From an uncultured cyanobacterium (GTDB lineage: Bacteria > Cyanobacteriota > Cyanobacteriia > PCC-6307 > Cyanobiaceae), in contig CAVONQ010000008.1 in NCBI GenBank assembly GCA_963697335.1, positions 32,001 through 96,000 on the forward strand: a stretch of 64,000 bases of DNA, written 5' to 3'. A model generated the notes under the pieces. That model did not search any database. It saw only the letters and a program-made list of their open reading frames with translations, and was not told where the DNA came from. The translations under genes and the position numbers were made by a program. Within the stretch, counting starts at the first letter, position 1, and each line of letters starts with the position of its first letter. This document shows, piece after piece, positions 1 through 10,781 of the stretch.

Positions 1-1399
1 TGACGAAGGCCATCAGGGCGCCGGGTTTCTCGGGAAACTCGAAGCGATACAGCAGCTCCTCACCCTGGTCGAGGGCCTTGCCGGCACTGGCCGGCAGCCG
101 GCCTCCCACCATGTGGCGCAGGTGCAGCTTGGCCAGCTCGTTGCAGCTGAGGTCGAGGCAGGGGAAGCCGTTGGCCTCCAGGCTGGCCAGCAGGGCCCGG
201 GTGTCGGCATGGCCCTGGATCTGCACCCCCACGAAGATGTGGGCCCGGCGAGGGTCCGCCAGGCGATAGCTGAACTCGGTGAGGCTGCGATCCCCGAGCA
301 TCTGGCAGAAGCGCCGCAGGCTGCCGGGCTGCTCGGGGATCTCCACGGCCAGCATGGCTTCGCGCTCCTCGCCCAGCTCGGCCCGCTCGGCCACGAAGCG
401 CAGCCGGTCGAAGTTCATGTTGGCGCCGCAGGCCACCGCCACCAGGGTGCGGTCCTGCAGCCCCTGGCGCTCCACGTCCACCTTCATGCCGGCCACGGCC
501 AGCGCGCCGGCGGGCTCGAGGATCGAGCGGGTGTCCTCGAACACGTCCTTGATGGCGGCGCAGATCTCGTCGCTGCCCACGGTCACCATCCGATCCACAT
601 GGCGTTGGGCCAGGGCAAAGGTGTGGCGGCCCACCTGGCGCACGGCCACGCCATCGGCGAACAGCCCCACCTGCTCCAGCCGCACCCGCTCGCCACAGGC
701 CAGGGAGCGTGCCATGGCATCGGCATCGTGCGGCTCCACCCCCACGATCTGCACGCCTGGCCAGAGGGTCTTGACGTAGGCGGCGATGCCGGCGATCAGC
801 CCGCCGCCCCCCACTGCCACGTAGATCACATCGGGCGGGTGGGAGCACTGGCGCAGGATTTCGAGGCCGATCGTGCCCTGGCCGGCGATCACATCGGGAT
901 CGTCGAAGGGGTGGATGAAGCTGAGCCCAGCCTCGGCAGCCAGCTCCAGGGCATGGGCGCAGGCGTCGTCATAGGTGTCGCCGTGCAGCAGCACCTCGGC
1001 GCCCCTGGCAGCCACGGCCCGCACCTTCATCTCCGGCGTGGTGACGGGCATCACGATCACAGCCCGGCAGCCCAGGCGCTGGGCGCCGAGGGCCACTCCC
1101 TGGGCGTGGTTGCCGGCGCTGGCGGCGATCACGCCCCGCTCCAGCTCCGCCGGGCTGAGCCCCACCATCTTGTTGTAGGCGCCGCGCAGCTTGAAGCTGA
1201 ACACGGGCTGCAGATCCTCCCGCTTCAGCAGCACCCGGTTGCCCAGCCGGGTGGAGAGGTTGGGGGCAGGATCGAGCGGCGATTCGATCGCCACGTCGTA
1301 GACCCGGGCCCGCAGGATGCGCTGCAGATAGCCGTCGGGGTCTGGGGCCGCCTCCGCCGGAGCGACGTCGGCGCTGGGGTTTCCGGGCTGCTGGCTCAT
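1..1399 (-). CDS. ilvA: Threonine ammonia-lyase, biosynthetic (3' end runs off the window)
   Basis: Not in the ORF track because it is open at the edge. Manual translation from ATG 1399 gives YLQRILRARVYDVAIESPL...LLKREDLQPVFSFKLRGAYNKM, SAGNHAQGV. Confidence 0.95.
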   Translation of the reverse strand, partial: MSQQPGNPSADVAPAEAAPDPDGYLQRILRARVYDVAIESPLDPAPNLSTRLGNRVLLKREDLQPVFSFKLRGAYNKMVGLSPAELERGVIAASAGNHAQGVALGAQRLGCRAVIVMPVTTPEMKVRAVAARGAEVLLHGDTYDDACAHALELAAEAGLSFIHPFDDPDVIAGQGTIGLEILRQCSHPPDVIYVAVGGGGLIAGIAAYVKTLWPGVQIVGVEPHDADAMARSLACGERVRLEQVGLFADGVAVRQVGRHTFALAQRHVDRMVTVGSDEICAAIKDVFEDTRSILEPAGALAVAGMKVDVERQGLQDRTLVAVACGANMNFDRLRFVAERAELGEEREAMLAVEIPEQPGSLRRFCQMLGDRSLTEFSYRLADPRRAHIFVGVQIQGHADTRALLASLEANGFPCLDLSCNELAKLHLRHMVGGRLPASAGKALDQGEELLYRFEFPEKPGALMAFV

Positions 1400-1470
1400 C
1401 CCCCCAGTGTCGCAATCTGCACGGGTCCCCCAGGCGAACCCCCTAGATTGCCCGCATCGCCAGGGTCGTG

Positions 1471-3393
1471 ATGCATCTCAGTGAGCTGAGCCACCCAAAC
1501 CAGCTGCACGGCCTCAGTACCGCCGAGCTCGAAGCGATCGGCCGCCAGATCCGGGAGCGCCACCTCGAGGTGGTCAGCACCAGCGGTGGCCATCTCGGTC
1601 CGGGCCTGGGGGTGGTGGAACTCACCCTCGCCCTCTACCAGACCCTCGACCTCGACCACGACAAGGTGGTGTGGGATGTGGGCCACCAGGCCTATCCGCA
1701 CAAGCTGATCACCGGCCGCTACAAGGATTTCCACACCCTGCGCCAGCAGGGAGGCGTGGCGGGCTACCTGAAGCGCAGCGAGAGCAGCTTCGACCACTTC
1801 GGCGCCGGCCACGCCAGCACCTCGATCTCCGCCGCCCTGGGCATGGCCCTGGCCCGCGACCGCCGCGGCCAGGATTTCAAGTGTGTGGCGGTGATCGGCG
1901 ACGGCGCCCTCACCGGCGGCATGGCCCTGGAGGCGATCAACCACGCCGGCCACCTGCCCCACACCAGGCTGCTGGTGGTGCTCAACGACAACGACATGTC
2001 GATCAGCCCGCCGGTGGGGGCCCTCTCCACCCACCTCAACCGCATGCGGCACAGCCCGCCGCTGCAGTTCCTGCAGGACAACGCCGAGGAGGCGATCAAG
2101 CACCTGCCGTTCATGCACGGCGAGTTGCCGCCTGAACTCAAGAACCTCAAGGAGAGCATGAAGCGGCTGGCGGTGCCCAAGCTGGGGGCCGTGTTCGAGG
2201 AGCTGGGCTTCACCTACATGGGCCCGATCGACGGCCACGACATCGCCGGCATGGTGAAGGTGTTCCAGCAGGCCCACGCCCACGACGGTCCTGTGCTCGT
2301 GCATGTGGCCACCACCAAGGGCAAGGGCTACCCCTACGCCGAAGCCGATCAGGTGGGCTACCACGCCCAGGGCGCCTTCGACCTGGCCACTGGCAAGGCC
2401 TACCCCTCCAGCAAGCCCAAGCCGCCCAGCTACAGCAAGGTGTTCGGCCAGACGCTGGTGAAGATCTGCGAGCAGGATCCGCTCGTGGTGGGGATCACCG
2501 CCGCCATGGCCACCGGCACGGGCCTCGACCTGCTTGAGAAGGCCCTGCCTGGTCAGTACTTCGATGTGGGCATCGCCGAGCAGCACGCCGTGACCATGGC
2601 GGCCGGCATGGCCTGCGAGGGGCTCAGCCCGGTGTGCGCCATCTACAGCACCTTCCTGCAGCGGGCCTTTGACCAGCTGATCCACGATGTGGGCATCCAG
2701 AAGTTGCCGGTCACCTTCGTGCTCGACCGCGCCGGCATCGTCGGCGCCGACGGCCCCACCCACCAGGGGCAGTACGACATCAGCTACCTGCGGGCGGTGC
2801 CCAACTTCACGGTGATGGCCCCGAAGGATGAGGCCGAGCTGCAGCGGATGCTGATCACCGCCATCCAGCACAGCGGGCCGTGTGCTCTGCGCATCCCCCG
2901 GGGCGAGGGTGAAGGGGCCCCCCTGGCCGAGGAGGGCTTCGAGCCCCTGGAGATCGGCCGCGGTGAACTGCTCGCCGATGGCGACGACCTGCTGATCGTG
3001 GCCTATGGCGCCATGGTGTACCCCGCCATGGCCACCGCTGGTCTGCTGCAGGAACAGGGCATCCGGGCCGCTGTGATCAATGCCCGTTTTGTCCGGCCCC
3101 TGGATGAGGCCCTGATCCTGCCGATGGCGCGCCGCATCGGTCGGGTGGTGACCATGGAGGAGGGCTGCCTGCCGGGGGGCTTCGGCGCCGCGATCACCGA
3201 GTGCCTCAACGACCACGACGTGCTCGTGCCAGTGCTGCGCATCGGCATTCCCGACCAGCTCGTGGATCACGCCTCACCGGACCAGAGCAAGAGCGCCCTT
3301 GGCCTGACACCGCCCCAGATGGCGGATCGGATCCTGCAGCGTTTCGGGGCTGGCCTGCGGCTCACGGTGCCGGTGAAACCCCTGGTCGTCTGA
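1471..3393 (+). CDS. dxs: 1-deoxy-D-xylulose-5-phosphate synthase
   Basis: [53 protein letters not shown]. Confidence 0.98.
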   Translation: MHLSELSHPNQLHGLSTAELEAIGRQIRERHLEVVSTSGGHLGPGLGVVELTLALYQTLDLDHDKVVWDVGHQAYPHKLITGRYKDFHTLRQQGGVAGYLKRSESSFDHFGAGHASTSISAALGMALARDRRGQDFKCVAVIGDGALTGGMALEAINHAGHLPHTRLLVVLNDNDMSISPPVGALSTHLNRMRHSPPLQFLQDNAEEAIKHLPFMHGELPPELKNLKESMKRLAVPKLGAVFEELGFTYMGPIDGHDIAGMVKVFQQAHAHDGPVLVHVATTKGKGYPYAEADQVGYHAQGAFDLATGKAYPSSKPKPPSYSKVFGQTLVKICEQDPLVVGITAAMATGTGLDLLEKALPGQYFDVGIAEQHAVTMAAGMACEGLSPVCAIYSTFLQRAFDQLIHDVGIQKLPVTFVLDRAGIVGADGPTHQGQYDISYLRAVPNFTVMAPKDEAELQRMLITAIQHSGPCALRIPRGEGEGAPLAEEGFEPLEIGRGELLADGDDLLIVAYGAMVYPAMATAGLLQEQGIRAAVINARFVRPLDEALILPMARRIGRVVTMEEGCLPGGFGAAITECLNDHDVLVPVLRIGIPDQLVDHASPDQSKSALGLTPPQMADRILQRFGAGLRLTVPVKPLVV

Positions 3394-3425
3394 GGCCCCT
3401 GGCTCCCGTCGCGAGCCCCTTCACG

Positions 3426-4610
3426 ATGCTGGATGTGCTCGTGGTGGGCGCCGGGCCCGCCGGGGGCAGGTTGGCCCTGCAGCTGGCCCGAGGCGGTGCC
3501 CGGGTGATGCTGGTGGATCGACTCCCCGACCTGGCCCAGGCGGCCTTCAGCAGTGCGGCCTTGCCGCTGGCGGCGGTGCAGGCCCTCGGGCTGCCCGAGC
3601 TGGTGATCGCGGCCCGCTGGAGCGGTTGGCAGCTGCTGGGGCCCGCCGCTGGGCAGCGCCAGTGGTGGGGCCGGCGCCCTCTGGGTGCGGTGCTGGATTT
3701 CGGTGCCCTGCGCTGTTGGCAGGCGGACCAGGTCCGACAGCTGGGTGTGCAGTTGCGGCTCGGCTGGCGCGCCGTGGCCTGCGGGGCCATGGGCGGCCAC
3801 GCCATGCGCACCTGGCTGTGCCCCCCGGGCAGCTCCACGCCGCGCAGCATCGAGAGCCGCTGGGTGGTGGACGCCACGGGGCAGGCCAGGGCTCTGCTGG
3901 GGGAGCCTGCTCCGGGCCAGGGGGCGCTGGTGCGGGGCCTCGGGGTGGAGTGGCTGCTGCAGGTGGACCCGGAGCTGGGCCAGCACTGGGCCGATCGGCT
4001 CAGCTTCTGCCTGGGCAGCGACTGGGTGCGGCAGGGCTATGGCTGGGTGTTCCCGATGGCCGCCGGCCAGCTCAAGGTGGGCGTGTGCCGGCTGCAGGAT
4101 GGCCGCCGTGATCAGGGGCCCCTCGGCCCCGAGCTGGCCCGAATGCTGCAGCGGCTGGGGCTGGATCAGGCGCGGGTGCTGGATCGCCACGGCGGACTGA
4201 TCCGCAGCACGGTGGAACGGCGCGAGGCCCATGGCCACGGCCGACTGCTGGGGTTGGGGGATGCCGTGAGCACCGCCAACCTGCTGGGCGGTGAGGGCAT
4301 TCGCCATGCCATGGCCAGCGCCGATGTGCTCGCGCCGCTGCTGCTGCAGGACGGGTTCAGCCCTGGGACACTGGTGGCGAAGTACCGGCGGGGTTTGGCT
4401 TCAGCCCTGGGATGGCGCTGGAGCCTGAGTGGGCGGCTGGCCCGGCGCATCTGGCTGGGCCTGGATCAGGGGTCAGGCGACCGCCATCTCGACCGCCTGC
4501 TCAGGGGCCTGGAAACGCGCAGGGCTGAGGATCTCTCCGCCCTGCTGTTTGACTACCGCTTCGAGCGTTACGGCCTGCGGGCCGTGCCCTATCTGCTGGG
4601 TTGGCGCTGA
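3426..4610 (+). CDS. FAD-dependent oxidoreductase, geranylgeranyl reductase family
   Basis: Starts MLDVLVVGAGPAGG (Rossmann motif); GYGWVFP; GDAVSTANLLGGEGIRHAM. Confidence 0.85.
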   Translation: MLDVLVVGAGPAGGRLALQLARGGARVMLVDRLPDLAQAAFSSAALPLAAVQALGLPELVIAARWSGWQLLGPAAGQRQWWGRRPLGAVLDFGALRCWQADQVRQLGVQLRLGWRAVACGAMGGHAMRTWLCPPGSSTPRSIESRWVVDATGQARALLGEPAPGQGALVRGLGVEWLLQVDPELGQHWADRLSFCLGSDWVRQGYGWVFPMAAGQLKVGVCRLQDGRRDQGPLGPELARMLQRLGLDQARVLDRHGGLIRSTVERREAHGHGRLLGLGDAVSTANLLGGEGIRHAMASADVLAPLLLQDGFSPGTLVAKYRRGLASALGWRWSLSGRLARRIWLGLDQGSGDRHLDRLLRGLETRRAEDLSALLFDYRFERYGLRAVPYLLGWR

Positions 4611-4615
4611 GCCGT

Positions 4616-4873
4616 TCAGACCACGCCGCGGGAGGCGAGGCCGAGGATGGTGCCGATGCCGAGGATGTGGCCCAGGCTCAGGGTGCCGAGCATGGCCCCG
4701 TGGCTCATGCCGCCGAACATGGCGTTGTTGGGCAGTTGCAGGCCCACGTTGGGCTGCTTGATGGTGGCCTTGCCGATCGCGATGGCGATCACGTTGCAGA
4801 CGATCATCACCAACGCCACCTTCGGCGACCAGGTGAGGGTGGCGGGGGCCACAGCCAGAAGAGGAGCGAGCAT
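4616..4873 (-). CDS. psaK: Photosystem I subunit PsaK
   Basis: WSPKVALVMIVCNVIAIAIGK...SLGHILGIGTILGLASRG. Confidence 0.95.
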   Translation of the reverse strand: MLAPLLAVAPATLTWSPKVALVMIVCNVIAIAIGKATIKQPNVGLQLPNNAMFGGMSHGAMLGTLSLGHILGIGTILGLASRGVV

Positions 4874-4951
4874 GGATCAAGAGCCGACGCCCCATCTTCT
4901 GGGGCTGCGCAGCCCTGGGCCGCCTGCCTTAAGACTTGTTCATCCGCCGGC

Positions 4952-5296
4952 TCAGGGTTCCGGTGGCTGCGGTGGCGGGCTCTGGCCGACGAAGCCCAGC
5001 ACCACCACCAGGTTGGCCAGGGTCAGAAAGGACTCGGCGCCCCCGTGCAGGGGATCCACATCGGCCAGCTGGCGGCCCCACAGCTGCTCGGCCGCCACAG
5101 CGGCCACGATCGTCACCGTCACGAACAGCAGGGTGAGCTGGAAACCCCGCAGGGCGAGCCTGGGGAAGGCCTGAACCTGCCTCGCCCACCACAGAAACAG
5201 GAGGTAAGGCAGCAGAGAGAGCACGAACAGGGGCCCTGGATCCACCGTGGCCAGCCGCTCCAGCAGGTTCTCCATCAGCTGCGGCAGCGCTGTCAT
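4952..5296 (-). CDS. DUF3593-like membrane protein
   Basis: LFVLSLLPYLLFL...LADVDPLHGGAESFLTLAN; ATGA overlap with the upstream gene. Confidence 0.8.
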   Translation of the reverse strand: MTALPQLMENLLERLATVDPGPLFVLSLLPYLLFLWWARQVQAFPRLALRGFQLTLLFVTVTIVAAVAAEQLWGRQLADVDPLHGGAESFLTLANLVVVLGFVGQSPPPQPPEP

Positions 5297-5610
5297 CCGG
5301 CGCCAGGGGGTTGGGAGGCGCGCTGCTGGCGCAGCAGGTGGAGGGCGGCGACGGCCAGGGCGCCGTTACCCAGCAGGGTGCAGCCTGCCTGCAGCACCAC
5401 CAGGCCGTCCAGGGCGGGGGTGTTGTCAAACAGGTGCCAGGTGCAGGCGGCCATGGCGCTCACCAGGGCCGGCAGCATGGCCAGGGCCAACCAGCGCCAG
5501 CCCCCCTCCCGCCGCCGCTGTCCGTAGCTGTGCACCGCAGCGATGGCGGCGATCCACTCCAGCACCGAGGCGATGTGGATCCACCAGGTCGGCAGGGAGA
5601 GCGCGTGCAT
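5293..5610 (-). CDS. DUF2499 (Ycf49-like) membrane protein
   Basis: MHALSLPTWWIHIASVLEW...AMAACTWHLFDN. Confidence 0.85.
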   Translation of the reverse strand: MHALSLPTWWIHIASVLEWIAAIAAVHSYGQRRREGGWRWLALAMLPALVSAMAACTWHLFDNTPALDGLVVLQAGCTLLGNGALAVAALHLLRQQRASQPPGAG

Positions 5611-5657
5611 GGGCAGACTCTGGCACTGAGATCCACTCCTCCGTGGCGACCGAGCCC

Positions 5658-6239
5658 ATGGGCCTGCGCGCCCGCCTGTTGCTTCCCGTGCTGATCCTGG
5701 CGGTGCCCTGGCTGCAGGAGCTGCTGGATCAACTGCTGTTCGGCGGCCGCTGGAACCTGCCGCTGGTGCCCGGCGGGCCGGTGTGGGGGGTGTTCACGGC
5801 GCCCTTCAGCCACGGTGGCTTTGCGCACCTGTTCAGCAATTCGCTCTGGTTCCTGCCGCTCTCCTGGCTGGTGCTCTCCCGCGGCCTGCGGCCCTACCTG
5901 CGGGTCTGGGCCTCCGTGCTGCTGTGCTCGCTGCCGGTGTGGCTGCTGTGGCACAACGCCAGCCATGGCCTCTCCGGTGTGGTCTACGGCCTGCTGGGCT
6001 ACCTGCTGGCGGTGGGGCTGGTGGAGCGGCGGCCCTGGCCGATCGTGCTTTCTGTGGTCTGCGTGGTCGCCTATGGGGGGCTGCTGCCGTCGTTGTTGCC
6101 CCTGTTCAGTCCGCCGGGGGTCAGCTGGATCGGCCATGCCTCGGGCTTTGGCGCCGGGGTGCTGGCGGCCTGGGTGGGAGCACCGCTGACGGAGCGCCTC
6201 CCGGGCTCCCCGGGGGACCCCGGCCGCTTGCGGTGGTAG
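5658..6239 (+). CDS. Rhomboid family intramembrane serine protease
   Basis: HLFSN, GLSG (catalytic Ser) and SWIGHASG (catalytic His); hydrophobic. Confidence 0.85.
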   Translation: MGLRARLLLPVLILAVPWLQELLDQLLFGGRWNLPLVPGGPVWGVFTAPFSHGGFAHLFSNSLWFLPLSWLVLSRGLRPYLRVWASVLLCSLPVWLLWHNASHGLSGVVYGLLGYLLAVGLVERRPWPIVLSVVCVVAYGGLLPSLLPLFSPPGVSWIGHASGFGAGVLAAWVGAPLTERLPGSPGDPGRLRW

Positions 6240-6241
6240 GG

Positions 6242-7309
6242 ATGGCGCCTGCCGCCCAGCCCCCCGTGCCCCTGCGTGAACGCCCCCTGCTGGTGGGCTA
6301 TTACGGCGAGCACAACCTGGGTGATGACGCCCTGCTGGAGGTGTTGCTGGCCGGCCTGCCGGCAGGCTGCAGCCCCGTCGTGACGGCCCGGGATCAGCCC
6401 CTCGTGCAGCGGCGCTACGGCGTGGCCACGGTGGACCGCACCCACCTGGCGGCGGTGCTGGCGGCGGTGGGCCGCTGCGATGCCGTGGTGTTCGGCGGCG
6501 GAACGCTGCTCCAGGACAGCACCAGCTTTCTCAGCCTCGTGTACTACGCCGCGCTGGTGGTGCTCGCCCGGAGTCAGGGCAAGCCGGTGCTGCTCTGGGG
6601 CCAGGGTCTCGGGCCCGCTGCGCCGGCGCCGCAGCCGCTGGCTGGTGCGGGGGGTGCTCCCCTGGTCACCGCCGTGAGCTGGCGGGATCCTGGTTCGGCG
6701 GCCCTGGCCCGCAGCCTGGGAAGCCCGGATGCGGGGGCGGTGGGGGCCGATCCGGTGTGGAGCGTGGCGCCGGAACTGTGGCGGGGCGAGGGGGGGCCGA
6801 TCGTGCTCTGTTTCCGGCCCACAGCCCAGCTGCAGGGCCAGGCCTGGACCCCCTGGTTGCGGGCCCTGGAGGGGCTGGCACCGGAGCGCGAGCTGCTGTG
6901 GCTGCCGTTCCACGCCCATCAGGACCGGGGACTGCTGGCGAGCCTGCGCGCCCAGGGTCTGCTCAGCCCTGCCCTGGCCGCCCGCAGCCGCGAACTGCAG
7001 CCCCGATCGCCCGCGGGAGGCGATGCGCCTTTGCGCCACCAGCGGCCTGGTGCTGGCCATGCGTCTGCACGGCCTGATCCTGGCCGCCGCCGCGGGTGCG
7101 CCCACAGCGGCGCTCAGCTACGACCCCAAGGTGAGGCCGCAGCCGCCTCGAGTCTGGGCTGTCCCTGCGCCTCGCTGGATCAGCCTCCGCCCGCCGATCT
7201 GACGGCCCTCTGGGAGGCCTGCCTCGATGCTCCTCCGGCAGTGGAGCGGCTGAACAGGCTGCGGGCCAGCACGGCCGTGCACCGCGATCTGTTGGCCAGC
7301 CTGGCCTGA
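6242..7309 (+). CDS. csaB: Polysaccharide pyruvyl transferase CsaB, with two apparent pairs of compensating frameshifts
   Basis: GYYGEHNLGDDALL, GGGTLLQDSTS and WGQGLGP are in the main frame; conserved MRLHGLILAA..SYDPKV lies in a shifted frame (~7004-7134). Confidence 0.8.
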   Translation: MAPAAQPPVPLRERPLLVGYYGEHNLGDDALLEVLLAGLPAGCSPVVTARDQPLVQRRYGVATVDRTHLAAVLAAVGRCDAVVFGGGTLLQDSTSFLSLVYYAALVVLARSQGKPVLLWGQGLGPAAPAPQPLAGAGGAPLVTAVSWRDPGSAALARSLGSPDAGAVGADPVWSVAPELWRGEGGPIVLCFRPTAQLQGQAWTPWLRALEGLAPERELLWLPFHAHQDRGLLASLRAQGLLSPALAARSRELQPRSPAGGDAPLRHQRPGAGHASARPDPGRRRGCAHSGAQLRPQGEAAAASSLGCPCASLDQPPPADLTALWEACLDAPPAVERLNRLRASTAVHRDLLASLA

Positions 7310-7333
7310 GCGGCGCTGCCCGCCCGCAGGGCA

Positions 7334-7909
7334 TCAGACCTGCTGGAGCGCCAGAAGGGTTTCCAGCACTTCGTTGCTGTGGCCACTGGGGCGCACGGCC
7401 ACCCAGCGGGCCCGCAGGATGCCCTCGGGGTCGATCAGGAAGGTGTGGCGCTGGGAAAAGGGAGCCAGCCAACTGCCGTAGCGCCCGCTCACCTGGCCGG
7501 CGGGGTCGGAGAGGAGCGGGAACACCAGTCCTTCACTGCTGCAGAAGTCGCTGTGGGAGGAGGCGTCGTCGGCGCTCACCCCAACCACGGCGGCTCCGGC
7601 GGCCTTGAAGCGGGCCAGATCCTTCTGGAAGCCCCGGGCTTCGAGGGTGCAGCCGCCGGTGAAGTCGCGCGGGTAGAAATAGAGCACCAGCCACTGGCCA
7701 GCGAAATCAGCCAGAGCCAGCAGGCTTTCCTGCGGGGCGCCATCAGGGCCAGGAGTCACCCCCGGAAGCCGAAAATCGGGGGCCGGCCGATCCAGCTCCG
7801 GCAGGGTACCCCCCAGGGCTTCGGCCCGCTTGCCGGCAGAGAGCAGGCCCAAGCCCAAAACCAGGGCAGAGGTGCCAGCCCGTAGCAGCTCACGGCGCCG
7901 CATCAGCAT
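7334..7909 (-). CDS. bcp: Peroxiredoxin BCP/PrxQ with Tat-like N-terminus (complete copy)
   Basis: LYFYPRDFTGGCTLEA (peroxidatic Cys), RHTFLIDPEG; MRRRELL leader. Confidence 0.9.
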   Translation of the reverse strand: MLMRRRELLRAGTSALVLGLGLLSAGKRAEALGGTLPELDRPAPDFRLPGVTPGPDGAPQESLLALADFAGQWLVLYFYPRDFTGGCTLEARGFQKDLARFKAAGAAVVGVSADDASSHSDFCSSEGLVFPLLSDPAGQVSGRYGSWLAPFSQRHTFLIDPEGILRARWVAVRPSGHSNEVLETLLALQQV

Positions 7910-7937
7910 GAAGGTTTTGAACTCCCAGTCTGGTGGC

Positions 7938-8174
7938 TCAGATCTTGGCCAGGTTCACGCCCAGCTCCTTGGCGTAGGCACCGAGACCCTTCTTCTGGAT
8001 GGTCTTGAGGGCTTTGGTGGACACCCGCAGCTTCACGAAGCGCTTGCCCTCCGCCCACCAGAGGCGGCGCTCCTGGAGATTCACCTGTTGGAGCTTCTTG
8101 GTGCGCACGTGGGAGTGCGAGACGGCCATGCCGTTGTTGGCGCGCTTGCCGGTGAGCTGGCAGACCCGGGACAT
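7938..8174 (-). CDS. rpmB: 50S ribosomal protein L28 (copy 1)
   Basis: [34 protein letters not shown]. Confidence 0.97.
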   Translation of the reverse strand: MSRVCQLTGKRANNGMAVSHSHVRTKKLQQVNLQERRLWWAEGKRFVKLRVSTKALKTIQKKGLGAYAKELGVNLAKI

Positions 8175-8266
8175 GACCTACAACCGTTCAGAACAACTTC
8201 TGGGCATATGCCCAAGCGGAGACTTTACCAAAGAGTCGAGGCCTGCAGTGGCATCTCCCCAGGGGT

Positions 8267-9937
8267 TCAGAGGCCGCGCTCCATCAGCTGACCCATCAGA
8301 TCGGCGCTGCGTTGCTGGAAGCCCGCCAGCTGGTTGGGCTCGAGGCCACCCACCGCCAGGCGGGCCATCTCGTAGAGGTGGGCGCTGAGGGCGCTGGCCA
8401 GCTCCTGGCTGGGGGAGCTGCCCGAACCGGTGATCACCGAGCCGGCGCTGAGCTTCAGCAGCCCTTCCACCAGCCGGTGACGGCGGTTGATCAGCAGCAC
8501 GTGGTGGTCGGGCAGGCCTGGCAGGCGCTGTTCCATCAGGGCGCCCATGTCGTTGATGCGGCGCATCTGCTCCGGCAGCAGGATCAGGGCTGCGGGGGCG
8601 TTGTCGCCCTTCAGCGCCTGGATCTGGAGGGTCACCCGGTCGTCGTTGAGGGCCGCCTTGAACAACTCGCGCAGCTTCTCGGAACTGTCCTTGCCCTCGG
8701 CATCGGCCAGTTCACTCTCCTTCTCCTGCAGGGAGTCATCCAGCTCGGCATCGACCCGCTGGAACTTGAGCTCCTCGTGGCGCATCTCCAGCCAGGGGAT
8801 GAACTGGGTATCGATGAAGGTGTCGGCCAGCAGCACTTCGGCGTCCTGGCTCTTCCACAGGGCGAGGGGGCCTGCCTGGCCGGCCTCATCGGTGCAATAG
8901 AGCACCCGCTTGTCGTTGTCCCCGCTGAGGCGACCGCGGTAGCCCAGCAGGGTGGTGAAGGCCTTGCCGCCCTCGGCCGGGATCGGATCGAGGCTGGTGC
9001 CTTCGGCGGGGTCGCCCTCCATGGCTGCGGCGGTGGTGCCGAACAGCACCAGATCCGCCACCTGGTCAGCGAACTTGTCGTCTTCCATGGCGCCAATCTT
9101 GATGAAGGGGGCCACGGATTCCCAGATCTCGGCGTAGCGCCTGGGATCGTCGCGGTGCAGCTCCTTGAGCCGATCCCCCACCTTCTTGGCCACGAAGCCG
9201 CCAATCGAGCGCACGCGGCGATCGGTCTGCAGGGCTGAGCGGCTCACATTGAGGGGGATGTCCGGCGAGTCGATCACGCCGCGCAGGGGCAGCAGGTAGC
9301 GGGGCACCACCTCCTTGATCGAGTCGCTCACGAACACCTGGTTGCAGTAGAGCTTGATTTCGCCCTTCTCCCAGTCGGCCCGGCCGCTGGATTTCGGGAA
9401 ATAGAGGATGCCCTGCAGGGTGTAGGGGTAGTCGGTGTTGAGGTGCACCCAGAGCAGGGGGTCGCCCTGGAAGGGGTAGAGGTAGCGATAGAGCTCGATG
9501 TAGTCGTTGGCGCTGAGCTCGCGGGCGCTCTTGCGCCACGGAGCCTCCCGCTTGTTGACGGTCTCGCCCTCCAGCTGCACCGCCACGGGCATGAAGTCGC
9601 AGTAGGTGGTGATCAGGGTGCGGATGCGGGAGGGCTCGATGTACTCGAGCTCCTCCTCCATCAGGTGCAGGATCACATCGGTGCCCGGCTCGCTGCGTTC
9701 CGCGGCCTCAAGGCTGAAGTTGGGGGAGCCATCGCAGCTCCAGCGCACCGCCTCACTGCCCTCCCGCGCGCTCAGGGTCACCAGCTCCACCTGGCTGGCC
9801 ACCATGAAACTGGAGTAGAATCCCAGTCCGAAGTGGCCGATGATGGCGTCGCCCTCGCTCTTGTACTTCTCGAGGAAGTCTTCGGCGCTGGAGAAGGCCA
9901 CCTGGTTGATGTAGCGCTTCACCTCATCGGCGCTCAT
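8267..9937 (-). pseudogene. htpG: 5'-truncated htpG copy created by the duplication
   Basis: Near-identical to the distal part of 10782-12698 but begins at MSADEVK; lacks ELVSN and DNGIG of the ATPase domain. Confidence 0.85.
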
Positions 9938-10424
9938 GCCGGGGGTCGATCAGGAAGGTGTGGCGCTGGGAAAAGGGAGCCAGCCAACTGCCGTAGCGCC
10001 CGCTCACCTGGCCGGCGGGGTCGGAGAGGAGCGGGAACACCAGTCCCTCACTGCTGCAGAAGTCGCTGTGGGAGGAGGCGTCGTCGGCGCTCACCCCAAC
10101 CACGGCGGCTCCGGCGGCCTTGAAGCGGGCCAGATCCTTCTGGAAGCCCCGGGCTTCGAGGGTGCAGCCGCCGGTGAAGTCGCGCGGGTAGAAATAGAGC
10201 ACCAGCCACTGGCCAGCGAAATCAGCCAGAGCCAGCAGGCTTTCCTGCGGGGCGCCATCAGGGCCAGGAGTCACCCCCGGAAGCCGAAAATCGGGGGCCG
10301 GCCGATCCAGGTCGGGCAGGGTACCCCCCAGGGCTTCGGCCCGCTTGCCGGCAGAGAGCAGGCCCAAGCCCAAAACCAGGGCCGAGGTGCCAGCCCGTAG
10401 CAGCTCACGGCGCCGCATCAGCAT
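9924..10424 (-). pseudogene. bcp: 3'-truncated bcp copy at the duplication junction
   Basis: Matches copy 1 up to FLIDP, then reads RHERR* in out-of-frame htpG sequence. Confidence 0.85.
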
Positions 10425-10452
10425 GAAGGTTTTGAACTCCCAGTCTGGTGGC

Positions 10453-10689
10453 TCAGATCTTGGCCAGGTTCACGCCCAGCTCCTTGGCATAGGCACCGAG
10501 ACCCTTCTTCTGGATGGTCTTGAGGGCTTTGGTGGACACCCGCAGCTTCACGAAGCGCTTGCCCTCCGCCCACCAGAGGCGGCGCTCCTGGAGATTCACC
10601 TGTTGGAGCTTCTTGGTGCGCACGTGGGAGTGCGAGACGGCCATGCCGTTGTTGGCGCGCTTGCCGGTGAGCTGGCAGACCCGGGACAT
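10453..10689 (-). CDS. rpmB: 50S ribosomal protein L28 (copy 2)
   Basis: Protein identical to copy 1; one synonymous difference (7974/10489). Confidence 0.95.
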   Translation of the reverse strand: MSRVCQLTGKRANNGMAVSHSHVRTKKLQQVNLQERRLWWAEGKRFVKLRVSTKALKTIQKKGLGAYAKELGVNLAKI

Positions 10690-10781
10690 GACCTACAACC
10701 GTTCAGAACAACTTCTGGGCATATGCCCAAGCGGAGACTTTACCAAAGAGTCGAGGCCTGCAGTGGCATCTCCCCAGGGGT

